The notes under the pieces: generated by a model
The model's input: only the letters and a program-made list of their open reading frames with translations
Databases searched by the model: none
What the model was told of the DNA's origin: nothing
Program-made: the position numbers and the translations under genes
In this document: positions 41,586-54,529 of the stretch, one piece after another
Layout: the number at the start of each line of letters is the position of its first letter
How positions within the stretch are numbered: position 1 is the first letter of the stretch
Origin: an uncultured Acidimicrobiia bacterium
GTDB taxonomy: Bacteria; Acidobacteriota; Terriglobia; Versatilivoradales; Versatilivoraceae
Length of the DNA stretch: 64,000 nucleotides
Direction: 5' to 3'
Assembly (NCBI GenBank): GCA_963786955.1
Contig: CAWBAT010000005.1
Location: 1,164,127 to 1,228,126 of the forward strand

Positions 41586-43009
41586 GGGGCGACGATTCCA
41601 CTCGCCCTCTCCATGCAAATTTTTCAGAATGTCGACGTTTCGAAGACTAAGAAACGACCCGTGCCAGATAGCCCTTCCGAGGTGATTCCAGTCACAATGA
41701 CTTCCCGCAATTGATTCGATTGAATACTCGGGGGCATCGATCGAAATTTTCAAGTAGTTGCTACTCAGTGCGTCCGCGGATCTCTCCGGCTCATGCCAAC
41801 GCAAGGTCATGACTCCGATTCTCTTGCCGATGAACTTTTCCCTAAATTCCCGATTCTTACGGGCAGCCAATCTCCCTCAATTCATTACCTTGCGCTGACC
41901 GGTGACTTCACTTCGGCCCAGTCGGTCGCATCAAGGCGGCTGCTGTGCCGGGTCGTTGGGAATAGGGGAATACATGGAGATAAGTCATCGGCGCCAGGCT
42001 CAAGAGCGATTTTTGTTTCGATGAAGTCTTCTTCCGTCTCGGTAGGGAAACCCACCATGACATCGGCGCCGATGGCCGCATCTGGAACACGTTGTCGCAT
42101 TTTCTCGACTAGTCGGCGATAGAACTCCGCGGTATAGGGTCGACGCATGAGGCGCAGTATCCGGTCGGATCCGCTTTGTAATGGAACATGAAAATGCTTC
42201 GCCATCTTGGGCGACTGTGCGATAAGGTCAATGAGATCATCGGTATATTCCAAAGGTTCAATGGAACTTAGCCTGAGACGTCTCAATCGATCTTCTCGAA
42301 GAAGCCTTTAACCAACAGAGCAAGGTTTTCCTTTTCCCCAAGGTCTCTTCCGAATCCGCCCAGGTGGATTCCTGTTAAGGTGATTTCCTTATACCCCTGG
42401 TTTAAAAGTTTCCTGGTTTGGCGAAGGACTTCATCGATGGACAAGCTGCGGGAATTTCCTCGAACTGAAGGAATCACGCAAAAAGAACAACGATAACTGC
42501 ACCCATCCTGAACCTTCAAAACGGGGCGCGTTCTGTCTGCCCCTCCTGGATCTCCGATCGTCCGAAGCTCGCGGGACTCGAAGATGCTGCTGCAATAGAC
42601 TGTCGCCCCTGAAGCTCGAAAATGGTTTATTGTCTGGGGATCCCGCAGCATCGCTTAGTTGCCTCTCCCTTTGCGTCACAATCGAGACCAACTGATCTTT
42701 GTGCGAGTTCCCGACTACGCAAGACACCCCACTGATGGCAGCCACCTCGCCCGGCACACGCTGCGCATAACAGCCTGTGACAACCACACGGGCAGTAGGA
42801 TTTTCTCGATGAACTCGGCGAATCATGGTGCGGGCTTCAGCGTCAGCGGCGTGGGTTACCGTGCAGGTATTGATGACAACAATATCAGAGCGGTTCCACT
42901 CCTCGGATTTCTGAAAGCGATTATTCAAGAAAGCCTGTTCCAAAGCGGCGCCATCGGCTTGAGTCGCTCGGCACCCGAAATTAATAATTTTGAAAGTCTT
43001 TGACTGCAT
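41530..43009 (-). pseudogene. mtaB: Radical-SAM methylthiotransferase (MtaB/MiaB family) split into at least four frames
   Basis: N-terminal MTTase domain (INFGCRATQADGA...INTCTVT). Radical SAM core (CSYRCSFC). Central HFHVPLQSGSDRIL and LTYLHVFPYSQRPGT. TRAM-like C-terminus. All lie in different frames. Confidence 0.7.
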
Positions 43010-43013
43010 GGCC

Positions 43014-44040
43014 CTATTTTGTCCCTGGTCTGCTGAGAACCCCTACATCGGACAAGACCTTCTGAGCCATGAGATTTTTAATGGGGGTCTCGTTTCTAAC
43101 AACGTCAAGATAGGCATTTTTCAAGAGCGATTCTTTGCGATTGAAAATAATCTGACGAATGTCTGCCTGAACCTTGGGGTCGCTGAGTTCGCGTTGCCCT
43201 CCGGCTTCTTTTTCGATGAGTTTGACAAGATGGTATCCATATTTCGTCATTACGGGATCCGGAACGTTTCCCCTACTTTCAGGCTTTGGACCGCTTGACG
43301 AAATCTGGGATCGATGGTTTCCAACTGCTGAGCGCTCAAGAGCCGGAGGTCTCCTCCGGACTGGGCTGACGTGCTGTCTTCCGAATAGTCTCTAGCCAAG
43401 ATGGCGAAATCCATGCCGCTCTGGAGCTGTTTCAAGAGAGAGATCACTTTCTGCCGGGCGGCCTCGTCCGTCTTCGCGTCGTCGCCCTTACCGTTACTGA
43501 TTTGAGGTTCGGCGAAGGGAGTCACTAGGATATGTTGAACATGCCAGCTCTCTGGCAAGTTGTAGTTGCCTTTATTTCGAACAAAGTACTCATTAATTTC
43601 CGCTTCCGTGACCGAAATCTTCGAGGTGATTTCTTTGTTATAGAGCTTCTCAATCGTTGCACTCTTTCCTAATTTCTTTCTTGATGCTCGTCAACCGTAA
43701 CGCCCTGGTCTTTGAGAAATTGTTGAAACTTTTCTTCCGTAAAATCTTTCTTGAAATCATTGAAGCGGACATTAACCTCCTCATCACTGGCAGTAAGTTT
43801 GTCAATCGCAGCCCGTTGCATCAGCATTTCATCACTGATCAGTTGCGACAAGATGGTCAAACGTAGGGTCAAGATTTCCTCTGGTGAGAGGGGCTGAGCT
43901 AGACTGTTTGAGCCGATTTTGATAAATCTTTTCAACGTCGTTATCTTTGATCGTTGTCTGATTCACAACGGCGACGGTATCGGGTGAAATCTTGGGGCCC
44001 GACTGGCAGCCCATACAGATTACGCAAAGCCACCCAAACC
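43014..44040 (-). pseudogene. Parvulin-type peptidyl-prolyl isomerase (SurA/PrsA-like) split into at least four frames
   Basis: Parvulin core (QHILV...GGDL...) and a GYHLVKLIEK C-terminal fragment, plus SurA-N-like chaperone segments, each in a different frame. Confidence 0.65.
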
Positions 44041-44310
44041 ATACCGAAAATCCATTGAAGTCTAATGTTCACGCCTGCCTCCTGTGCCTTTATGATGGCC
44101 ACTTATACTACCACCGCCCCATGTAGGGTACAACAGATTGAATGGGATGGAGTTCCCCAGCGTGGGATCATAAAAGGATCTTGAAACGGATCTCTTTTTG
44201 ACTTCTTAAAGCCCTAATTAGTGAAACCGAGAACTAAGTACTGCTCTTCATAAAGACGGTGACGGTAACGCCGGGGCGGTGACCGGGCCTACAACTTTGT
44301 AGGTCGCGTG

Positions 44311-44320
44311 CCCCCCCCCC
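44311..44320. repeat. C10 homopolymer tract in the intergenic region
   Basis: Ten consecutive C's seen directly, between the frameshifted PPIase and ubiE genes. Confidence 0.9.
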
Positions 44321-44350
44321 GACACAGCGCCTATCCTGAGATACGTCACC

Positions 44351-45098
44351 CTAATTACAAATAGCAATACTAAGGGGCAGATGGCTTCCGACCATAGTTG
44401 ATCGCGATGATTCCTCCTCCAAAAACAGATAGCCCGTATCCTCAAATCCGGCTTTGTCCATGAGTATTTGGACGCCGTGCTGCGCAGGATAAAGCTTCAG
44501 CGATTCCGAGATATAGCGGTAGACGTCAGGATCCCCGTGCATGACCCAACCCAATAGGGAGCCCATAACCGTAAGATAACCTAAATACGCACGGCAGTAA
44601 AAAGGATTGACAGGTTTCGCAAAATCCAAGGAGAGAAATCTTCCGCCCGGTTTGAGCATTCTGAAGACTTCTGACAACAAACAAGCGATATCGGGAACAT
44701 TGCGAACACCATAGCCAACGGTAATCCGGTCAAAGGTGTTGGCGTGAAACTCAAGCCGGGTGATATCACCGACTTCAAATTCAATGCCATTGATTCCCAA
44801 TTGTTGTTTTTTTCGGCTAGCAATCTCAATCATACCGGGAGTGATGTCTACACCCAGGACCCGTCCTGTTGAGACCATTTTCGCCAGCATGAAAGTGATA
44901 TCGCCCGTCCCGCAGGCCAAGTCCAGAATAAGTGATGCGGTTGAACATCAGTCCATCGAACCAGCTTCTTTTTTCCAACGTCGGTCTTGCCCATAGGAAA
45001 GCAGAGCGGTCACAAGGTCGTAGCGGGGGGCGATCTTGGAAAACATCTGGTTGACATACAGCTGTTTTTTTTCCTTTCGAGTTGATGAATTCCTTCAT
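44351..45098 (-). pseudogene. ubiE: Demethylmenaquinone/ubiquinone methyltransferase UbiE/MenG with at least three frameshifts in the 5' third
   Basis: N-terminus [11 protein letters not shown], then [29 protein letters not shown], then [10 protein letters not shown], then LILDLACGTGDITF... in successive frames. The first shift is at a T8/A8 run (45065-45072). The C-terminal 189 aa is an intact Class I SAM-MTase. Confidence 0.8.
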
Positions 45099-45303
45099 AT
45101 TCAGTCGGCTTGGATTAGCCATTGAGTCACATCTTTCTCGATCGGGTAATGATCGAATTGTGCCTGCACGGCGTGGTAGTATTGGTGAAACTCCCGAGGG
45201 CAGCCGTTTGGTCAGATACCCTGACCTCATTTTTTCTCAGCTTTTTCACGGATCCTGTTTCACTTTACTACGCCATTCTTTCAAACGCTCGCTCACCGTT
45301 GCT

Positions 45304-46602
45304 TCATAACCCTCTCCAGACGGTGTGAAGTAAGTTCTCCCGGCAAGAGAAGGTGGAAGACAATTCATATCCGTTACGCGTTCTGCAAAAGTGATGGGCG
45401 TATTTGTACCCCTTCCCATAACCCAGATCCTTCATGAGGCTGGTTGGCGCATTTCTTAAATGTAAGGGGACCGGATCCGCGAGAGTCATTTTGATGTCCT
45501 GGAGGGCAGAGTCATAGGCCTTATATATAGCGTTCGACTTTGGGGCAGTTGCCATATAGACTGCTGCTTCCGCGAGGGCAAAGTGCCTTCCGGAAGTCCA
45601 ATGAAATGGAACGCCTGCATGGCACTGACCGCCATGAGACAAAGCTGCAGGATCAGCCAATCCCACATCTTCGGACGCAAAGCGGACAATCCGCCGGGCA
45701 ATGTAAAGCGGATCCTCTCCGGACTCAAGCATCCGACCGAGCCAATATAAGGTAGCGTCAGGGTCGCTATTCCGCATGGACTTATGGAGAGCAGAAATCA
45801 GGTTGAAATGTTCCTCGCCGGACTTGTCGTAAAGCAGCATTTTCCGCTGGAAAGTATCTGCTAATAGTTGCGGGGTAATGATCTTCTTATTTGTTGTCTG
45901 ACAAAGGAGTTAGCTGAAATGCCAGCTCTAGCGTGTTATAGGCAGTTCGGGCGTCTCCGTTGGCAAAAACCGCGATTTGAGCCAATAAGTCATCCGTGAT
46001 TTCAATGGGTTCGGCACCGAGGCCTTTCTCTTGTTCAGATAAGGCTTTTTCAGAAGGAATAGGATGTCTTCAACCGTCAATGGCTCAAGTACGTATACTT
46101 TGGAGCGCGACAACAATGCCGCATTGATTTCAAACGAAGGGTTTTCAGTGGTGGCACCGATCAAGATAATATTTCCTGTCTCGACATGCGGGAGGAATGC
46201 GTCCTGTTGGGATTTGTTGAACCGGTGGATTTCATCAATAAACAGAATTGTTTTCCGGCCGTAAGCACGAACTCTCTCGGCCTCCGACATCACGGCTTTG
46301 ATTTCCTTTATTCCTGCAAGAACCGCACTGAAAGGAATGAAATCAGAGTGTGTCAAATTGGCAATAACGTGGGCAAGGGAAGTTTTCCCGGTGCCCGGTG
46401 GGCCCCAAAGGATGATGGATCGAAGCTCATCTCTCTCAATACCGACTCTTAGGGGTTTCCCAGGCGCCAGCAAATGCCTTTGCCCGACAAGCTCCTCCAA
46501 CTTTTGGGGGCGCATTCGATCGGCAAGAGGCGTACTTCGATCAGTCGCCTTCTTTAATCCATTCTGGAGATTGGAAAACAAATCCATATTCATTCTGGCC
46601 AC
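45304..46602 (-). pseudogene. rarA: Replication-associated recombination protein A (RarA/MgsA AAA+ ATPase) with multiple frameshifts
   Basis: Intact N-terminal AAA+ core ([21 protein letters not shown]). C-terminal half conserved but split ([13 protein letters not shown] in one frame, [18 protein letters not shown] in another). Confidence 0.8.
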
Positions 46603-46636
46603 ACCCTCAAAAGGAAAGACCCCGACATCCGGAAAA

Positions 46637-47443
46637 TCATTGTCTTTGGCGTGTTTTTCGTTGCTCAGCGGCTTGACAAAGTATGATGGAAGAAGCGACC
46701 GCTACATTAAGCGACTCTACTGAAGAGGAAATCGGGATGGTTATCTGGCGCTCGACTTGATCGAGAATATTACTGTCCAGCCCCCTTGCTTCATTCCCTA
46801 AAATTAAGACGACCCGCCCGCGATAATCAATGTCACGAAAGCCATCCCTTTGCCTGGGCCAGTGGCGTATACTCGGTAGTTGTTTTCGCCAAACAGTGCC
46901 AAAGTCGCTTGAATGTCCCAACCAGGAAAACAGGGAACCCGGAACACCGAGCCCGCAGACGCCCGAATAGCCTTTGAATTATAAGGGTTGACAGAATTCT
47001 TGCTCAGAATAATGGCGTCTGCCCCAAAAGCTTCCGCGGAACGCAAAAGAGTTCCCAGGTTTCCAGGATCTTGAATGCAATGCGTCAAAGACAATGAGAG
47101 AATCTTTGGTAAGAATTCTTTTGAAGCTCCATTTTGGGAGGAATACCAAAGCGGATACGCCCTGAGGCGTTTCCGTACTGGAAATTTCACTGAAAACCTT
47201 TTCGGACAATTGGATGACCGTGGCTTGGTAGGTCTTAGAGCTTTTTAGCAGGTCCTCCAAGAGTTTCATTTTCCGAGTCTGTTCGCTCACATAAAAGGAG
47301 TCCACATCCAAGCGGCTTTTAAGCGCTTCCTCAATGAGCGTAATCCCTTCGACAAGAACACGACCCCGTGAATCCGGCCAACCTTCTCGAATCTGATCCC
47401 TGATTTTTTTGACTTGATTGTTGGCTGTTGAGCGGATGATCAA
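46637..47443 (-). pseudogene. TrmH/SpoU-family RNA 2'-O-methyltransferase split into three frames
   Basis: SpoU motifs ([27 protein letters not shown]) and an N-terminal substrate-binding region occur in three separate overlapping frames. Confidence 0.7.
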
Positions 47444-47510
47444 GTATTCACTCCCTGGCTATATCCATTCATTGACCGTACCCGAAAATTTATGTTAATT
47501 TGCTAACCGA

Positions 47511-48140
47511 ATGATTACACAACGAATTAGGATACAAGATAGCACGATTGATGATTCTGTTCTGCAGGTTGCTCTGGCATCGATTGAGAACGGGAACATC
47601 ATTTCTGTCCCCACTGAAACATTCTACGTCTTGTGCGCGGACCCGTTCAACCTAAGGGTTATTGAAGAGATCTTCCTCATTACTAAACGGAAGGAGTGGA
47701 AGCCTCTTCTCCTACTTGCAGACTCGATAGACCAGGTTGAAGTCATGACGTCAGGTCTGCAAAGAGCCTTTTTATGAAATCGCAGAAAATTTCTGGCCTG
47801 GGCCACTGACCCTTATTCTCCCGGCAGCAAATCACGTCCCATTGAAGATTACTGGAGGAACGGGTACCGTAGGAGTCCGGATTCCTGATTCAAAGGTACT
47901 CGAACGTTAATTCGGTCATTTGATAGCCCTGTTACTGGGACGAGTGCCAATCTTTCGACTCACCCGGTATGCTCGACCGCAGATGATGTCTTGATCCAGT
48001 TAGGGGGAAAAATTGACCTGATTCTTGACCAGGGGGATACCCGAGGGAGAGCACCGTCTACAATCCTAGATCTTACTCGAGACCCCATTCGCGTCGTACG
48101 CGAAGGCGCTATTCCCCTTGAGAGGTTTTCTTCTTACTTG
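47511..48140 (+). pseudogene. tsaC: L-threonylcarbamoyladenylate synthase (TsaC/YrdC/Sua5 family) with frameshifts
   Basis: YrdC motif GNIISVPTETFYVLCADPFN in frame 1. Continuation WPGPLTLILPAANHVPLKITGGTGTVGVRIPD and further C-terminal residues are in other frames. Confidence 0.65.
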
Positions 48141-48145
48141 TCTCC

Positions 48146-48784
48146 ATGAAAGAGCGTGGAAAGAGAGTCCTTTTCCAGATATTATTCGCCTATCTTCCAT
48201 CTTTACTCCTGGCCTACATTCTTGTTCTCTATGTCCTGATTCGACGTAGTGCGGCGCTTGATGAATCTCAGCCAGCCGACATCATTTTCGTCTTAGGGGC
48301 TGCCCAATATAACGGGAGGCCTTCCCCGGTATTTAAGTCCCGATTAGATCATGCAGCAGCTCTCTTTAAAGAGAAATTTGCCGGTAAGATCATGACTACG
48401 GGAGGATATGGTTTTGACCCGAGGTACTCTGAGGCGGGGGTGGGCAAGCTGTATCTGATGAAGCAGAGCATCCCGGAGGATTGCATCTACACTGAGCCCA
48501 GCGGTCTGACAACCGGTGAGAGTATTGAAAGGGCCATCGAATTTCTCAAACAGCATAATTTTACCCGGGTTATTGCTGTCAGTGATGGCTTTCATCTGTT
48601 CCGGATTAGAAGAATCTTTCGAGATCATGAAATCACGACCTTTGGTTCGCCGGCTCAACATAGTGTCATTGAATCCAATTTTCGCTCCCGCACGCTGGCT
48701 TCTTTACGTGAGGTATTCATCTTCACAGCCTACATGGCGCGACACCATCTCCATATATCTTTTCCATTCTCCGAGATGTCCTGA
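48146..48784 (+). CDS. DUF218/YdcF-like (ElyC/SanA family) membrane-anchored protein
   Basis: N-terminal transmembrane helix followed by a DUF218-like domain (DIIFVLGAAQYNGRPSPVFKSRLDHAA...GGYG). Confidence 0.7.
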   Translation: MKERGKRVLFQILFAYLPSLLLAYILVLYVLIRRSAALDESQPADIIFVLGAAQYNGRPSPVFKSRLDHAAALFKEKFAGKIMTTGGYGFDPRYSEAGVGKLYLMKQSIPEDCIYTEPSGLTTGESIERAIEFLKQHNFTRVIAVSDGFHLFRIRRIFRDHEITTFGSPAQHSVIESNFRSRTLASLREVFIFTAYMARHHLHISFPFSEMS

Positions 48785-48785
48785 G

Positions 48786-50360
48786 TCACTGATTCCTCTT
48801 AATTTTCAAGGTCTGGACAAAGTCAAAATTTCCAGCCGGAGACAACTCGATTTCCGAAAGGCGACGGTTGTACACGCAAACGGTGTCCATATACCAGAGG
48901 CTGATGTAGGGCAGATCATCAGCAAGAATCTTTTGAATTCTGGAATAAGCCGTACGTCTTTTCTCCAGGTTGGACTCTTGGCGGGCCTCATCAATCAGCA
49001 GGTCCACTTCAGGATTCTCGTATCGACCACGATTATACCCTTTAGGGGGAACTTCGCGGGAATGGAACGCTCTTTCAAAGAGGTCGGGGTCATTATTTCC
49101 TCCAATCCATCGCAGTGAGTAAATTTGAAAATTGCCTCTCACAATGTCTGCATAAAAAGTGCCGAATTCGTAGGAACGAAGGTCCACCGCAATGCCAACC
49201 TCCTTCAAGGCTTGTTGAATAATTGCAGCCACCTGTCGGGAAGACTCCTCTGTAGAGGTCCTGAACGTCAATCTAAAACGTGGCAGAGGCCCCTTGCCAT
49301 CGGGATCTTTCCAGCCAGCCATGTCGAGCAGATTACGGGCCTTTTCCGGATCATAGGAATAGCGCTCCAACTCGGGCTCATAAGCCCAGTGATTCGGAGG
49401 AAGCAAACTCGAGGCTGGGATAACCAGACCGCGCCAATAGTAGCGGATAATGTCCTCCCGTGGAATTGCATAGGCAATTGCTTTTCGTACTTTCTTATCC
49501 CGAAGAACGAGATCTTTGAGATTTAATCCGATGTACTGGTAATTGGTTCCTGGAACAGCTCGCCACTCGAAGATGGGGTTCGCGCTAAGAGCCATCACGA
49601 AATCAGGGGTCAACACGTTTTGAGCAATATCAATGGATCCCTTTCGTAATTCCAAAGCCCGGGTTGTGGAGTCCGGAATGACCATAAACCGGATGCGGCC
49701 TGCGGCGGGGGAGTCCTCCGAAATAGTCGAGATTTGCTTCGAGAAGAAGTTCTTCTTCGTGCGAGTAAGAGACAAAACGATAGGGGCCCGAGCCTACCGG
49801 GTTGCGTTGAAAGTCTTTGCCCGACCCATAGGGTACGATCCCAATCCCTCCGTTTGTCAAGTTCCAGAGAAATCCGGCAAAAGGTTCCTTCAACCGGAAA
49901 ACAATGGTGTGCTCATCCGGTGTTTCTATCGACTGGATAAGCTGGAAGGTGGAAGATTTCGGGGAAACGAGCGAGCCATTCAGGAGAGATTCAAAGGTAT
50001 ATTTCACATCCCTCGCCGTCAGTGGACCTTCCGTCATGAAACTTCACTCCAGACCGGAGGTAAAAGCAGTAGGTCAGTGGATCGAGGGATTCCCAGCGGG
50101 TCGCAAGGTCTGGTAGGATTTCAAATCTTCTTCCCCTACGGACCAGAGAACTAAAAATCAGTTGTTGAATTCGTTCCGATTCCGCACTTAATCCAATGCG
50201 AGGATCCAGACTGGTAGGTCCGGCTTCCAGCGCGATCGTAATGGCTGGGTCCATGGTGCGGGGATGACCCGCAGCCCTGATGAACACCAGCGAGTATCAA
50301 ACCTAATACGAGCCACATAGTTTTCCGGGAGCAAAAAATTTTGACTTGTAAGGATTTGAG
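48786..50360 (-). pseudogene. ABC transporter substrate-binding protein, family 5 (Opp/Dpp/Nik-like), split into four frames
   Basis: Signal peptide/lipobox fragment, then DPAITIALEAGPTSLDPRIG, GSGPYRFVSY and a long C-terminal fragment, in different frames. Confidence 0.75.
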
Positions 50361-50503
50361 CATGGTCCGTCAGGAGGACAAACAATTGAGATCCGTCAAT
50401 GGGTGACAAAGTATGCATTGGCCTCTTTGAATCTGCCATTAAGAACCCAGGGCCGGGAAGAGCGAACACTTCGAGGCCATTAATAAACAAAGTCAGCGCT
50501 TTG

Positions 50504-51702
50504 CTACGAGGCCGGATACGTTTGAAATTCTTTCCGATAAATGATCTTCCCCAAGACCGTCATATGGCGTGCGCCCGTGGCTGATGGTACATTCCCGGGA
50601 TGAAAATGCAGCGTCTCATTAGCGAGGATGGCAAAACCAATAGCCTCTTTAGCTATAGACGGGATTCCCAATTCATCCGATGCCAAAACATCCAGCTGGG
50701 ATAAGACTTTCTTGATCCTCTGCATCAGGTAGGAATTTCTGGAACCTCCGCCCGATACAATCAGCTGGCGAATTGAGGGTTTTCCGAGCGATAAAAGGAT
50801 CGATGGCCTTCGCAATAGTCTGTACGGTGAGCTCCGTTGCCGTGCATATCAAGTCCTCTAAACAGAAAGAATTTCCTAATCGAAGCAGTTCTTCGAGGAA
50901 AGCCATTCCAAATTGCTCTCGACCTGCCGTCTTCGGAGGGGGAAGAGAGAAGTAAGGTTGCCGAACTAGTTTCTTGAGAAGCGCCGGGATGATTTTTCCA
51001 CTTCGGGCGATTTCTCCGTCTCGATCGAATCCCATTTCATTGTGGGTCATCCGTCGGACCAACCCATCAATCACCATGTTACCGGGCCCAGTATCAAAAG
51101 CCACGATTTCTGCCAGCGTGAGTGGCTGCTGGAAGAACTGTCACATTGGCGATACCCCCAATATTTAAGAGGATACGACCGTGCCGTGGATGTCGAAAAA
51201 GCAAATAGTCCACATAGGGGTATGAGGGGAGCACCTTTGCCACCCGCGGCCATATCCCGCGGTCTAAAATCACAGATCGTCGTTATCCCGGTTTGTTCCG
51301 CGATGATTGAAGCTTCCCCAATCTGTAGAGTCGATGCCAAAGTCCGACCGCAAAAGGCATCCGGCTCCGATTGATGGAAGATCGTTTGCCCATGGGAACC
51401 GACCAGGTCAATCTGGTTGATCTTAACGCGGGCCTCCTCACATAACTTAAGAATCGCCTCTGCATAGAGTGTTCCGATCAAAAAGTTCATCTGGCTGATC
51501 ACCTTGGGACGGAACAGGCGATCCTGAAGCGATCTGGAGAAGTTCTCGGTGGACCTCGAGAATCAAAGGGGATGGAGATAAAATGCCGCAACACAATTCG
51601 CGTCTGCCGACCTGCCCCAAAAATCTCCACCAGAGCAGCATCGACACCGTCTAGAGAGGTTCCCGACATTAATCCGATAACAAGTTTGGAGTTCTTGGGC
51701 AA
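50504..51702 (-). pseudogene. anmK: Anhydro-N-acetylmuramic acid kinase, frameshifted into at least four fragments
   Basis: AnmK N-terminus GLMSGTSLDGVDAALVEI plus middle and C-terminal conserved blocks (VGSHGQTIFH, AAGGKGAPL) in separate frames. Confidence 0.8.
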
Positions 51703-54327
51703 TTATTCTTCTACTTTCGATTTAAATTCATTCAATTTTTGCAAAGCCTGTAGAGGAGTAAGCTCGTCAGGATTTATTTGGCGGAGTTCTTCAAGCACTT
51801 CATGATCACTCAGGACAAACAAATTCAGTTGATTCTCCAAGGAGGTTTGCTTTCGTTTGAAACTTCGCGTCAGTTGATCGCTGATTTCGTGTTCCCCCTC
51901 TTCATGCTTTTTCAGAATGTCGCGAGCTCTTTCCAAGACGCTGGAGGGGAGGCCAGCAAGCCTGGCGACTTCAATCCCGTAACTCTTATCTGCTGCTCCC
52001 GGCTCCACCTTTCGAAGAAAAATAATTTCTTGACCCACTTCCTTGACGGAGACATGGTAGTTCTTCACTCCAGGCAAAAGATCTGCCAGCTCGGTCAGTT
52101 CATGGTAATGAGTCGCGAACAAGACTTTGGAACGCAAGTGACAATGGAGGAATTCGATGACTGCCCAGGCTATCGCCAATCCATCAAATGTGGCTGTTCC
52201 GCGTCCAATTTCATCCAAAATGACAAGGCTTCGGGAAGAAGCGGCATTGAGAATCACTGCCGTTTCGGTCATCTCAACCATAAAGGTGGAGCGGCCGCGT
52301 GCGAGATTATCGGTTGCGCCGATTCGAGTGAAAATACGATCAATCAGCGGCAATCGCGCATAGTCTGCCGGGACAAAAGAACCCATTTGCGCCATGATGG
52401 AAAAAAGAGCCGTCTGCCGGAGGTACGTCGATTTTCCTCCCATGTTTGGTCCGGTAATGATGAGGATTTGATCGGTGGAATCATTTAGATAGAGATCATT
52501 GGGAATGAACTTTCCAAGCGAAAGTTGATCGGTGAGCTGTTCGATGACCGGGTGGCGACCTCCTTTCACGATAAACTCGCCATCGGGTGCAATTTCTGGT
52601 CTGACATAAGAATGGGAATGCGCCACTTCAGTGAGAGAAATCAAGCAGTCTAATTGTGCCAGGGCCGATGCGCATCGCCTGATCCGTCACTGCTTCCAGC
52701 GCAACTTTGGAACGAAGTTCTGTAAAGAGCTCATATTCAATTTCTACCATCCGGTCTTCTGCCCCAAGAACTTTACGTTCATATTCCTTTAGTTCAGAAG
52801 TTGTAAACCGCTCAGCGCCGACCAGGGTTTGTTTCCTTTCGTAATGTGAAGGAACCAGGCCCAGATGGGACCTGGACACCTCGAGGTAATATCCAAAAAT
52901 GTTATTAAACCTTACCTTTAGATTACTAATCCCGGAAAGAGAACGTTCACGGGACTCCAATTCTGCGATAAATTGCTTCCCTGAGGTACTGATCTGACGA
53001 AGCTCATCGAGCTCACTATGGTAGCCCTCTCGAATCAATCCGCCCTCAGTGAGCAGGATAGGAGGGTTATCTTTTAGAGCTTTTCCGATGAGTTCGGCAA
53101 CGTCCTCCAATGGATCTGCCAAGTGGTTCAGTTCTTGGAGGCGCCGCGTGGCGAATGATCCCAAGCGGGTTTTGAGGAAAGGGATTTGTTCCAGGGATTG
53201 TCGGAGAGCGACAAGGTCCCGCCCGTTGGCTGTAGACAGCGTTACCTTGGAAAGCAATCGCTCGACATCGTAGACCTTCTGAAGAAGTTTCTTAATTTCT
53301 TCGCGCTCGATCAATTTCCCTTTTAGTTCAGTAATGACATCTAGCCGCAATTGGATCTCGTTCAAATCAATTTCAGGGCGCAGCAACCAGCTTCTGAGCA
53401 ATCGTGCGCCCATGCCCGTCGAAGTTCGATCCAGACAAGAAATCAAAGTCGCATGTCTGGTACCGTCGAAGAGAGATTCCACTAACTCAAGGTTACGGAC
53501 CGTCGAGGAATCCAGTACCAGTGCTCCGCTCAGATCGTAGTATTTCAAATGGTCGATATGGCTTAGCCGGGCTTTCTGGGTGTCCTTCACATAATGTAAA
53601 ACTGCTCCAGCCGCGGCCACAGCGAGCTTACGATCCTGGCAACCGAATCCTTCAAGGCTCATCACTCCAAAATGCTCGGTCAGCGTGCGTTCGGCGTAGT
53701 CTGTCGAAAAGATCCAATCTTCAATGATTGTTTGTGACGGGATAAACTGGACAATTTGGTGAAGCCTTTCGTGCGGCGGGAGAGAGGCATGAATCAGTTC
53801 TTTTGGTCTAAGGCGTTCTAGCTCGGTCTGAAACTGTTCAAAGCGTTTTCTCCCTTGAACTCCGTGGTCTGAAAGTCTCCCGTCGAAATATCGAGGGAAG
53901 CCAGGCCCACGCCGCTCCGATCTACCCACAGGGCACTCAAGAAATTGTTCTCCTGTGGTTCCAACAGGTTTCCGTCGGCAACCGTACCCGGAGTCAATAC
54001 TCGGCTGACTTCCCGTCGAACCAGTTTTTGTGAAGGTTTGGGTCGTTCAACTTGGTCGCAGACGGCAATTTTGTATCCTTTCCTGACGAGTTTTGCCATA
54101 TAACTGTCTGCGGCGTGATACGGGACTCCACACATGGGTACGGACAGCCCTTTTTCCTTGTTTCGGGAAGTGAGGGTGATCTCCAGTTCACGGGAGGCGA
54201 CTACAGCGTCCTCAAAGAAGAGTTCATAGAAATCCCCCAGACGAAAGAAGACGAGCGCATGCGGATATTCTTTCTTCACCCGATGGTACTGCGTCATCAT
54301 AGGGGTTGAGGGTTCCATGGAATCCAT
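51703..54327 (-). pseudogene. mutS: DNA mismatch repair protein MutS interrupted by at least two frameshifts (three fragments)
   Basis: N-terminal mismatch-binding fragment ([34 protein letters not shown]). Middle connector/clamp fragment. C-terminal ABC ATPase fragment (GPNMGGKSTYLRQ, DEIGRGT). All are consecutive but in different frames. Confidence 0.9.
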
Positions 54328-54529
54328 TCTCCCTTGGCAGGAGGGGTCATGCGGAGAAACGGTTGGTGCCAAAAATCCTGGAAGTATATAATTCCGGTGT
54401 TTACGAGTGTCAACGCGACCCGTTCCCGGTTGGCGGGCCTCGTGTACACAATACATTTAAACTCCGCATAGGGAGAAAAGAAAAAAGATCTTCTCGTGTT
54501 TTCGAATTCTCTGATGTGACCTCGGTCAA

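Noticed and set aside
44175-44205. GGATCT...GGATCT plus T-run, considered as an intrinsic terminator
   Set aside because: The stem is only 4-6 bp with wobble pairs. Too weak to call.
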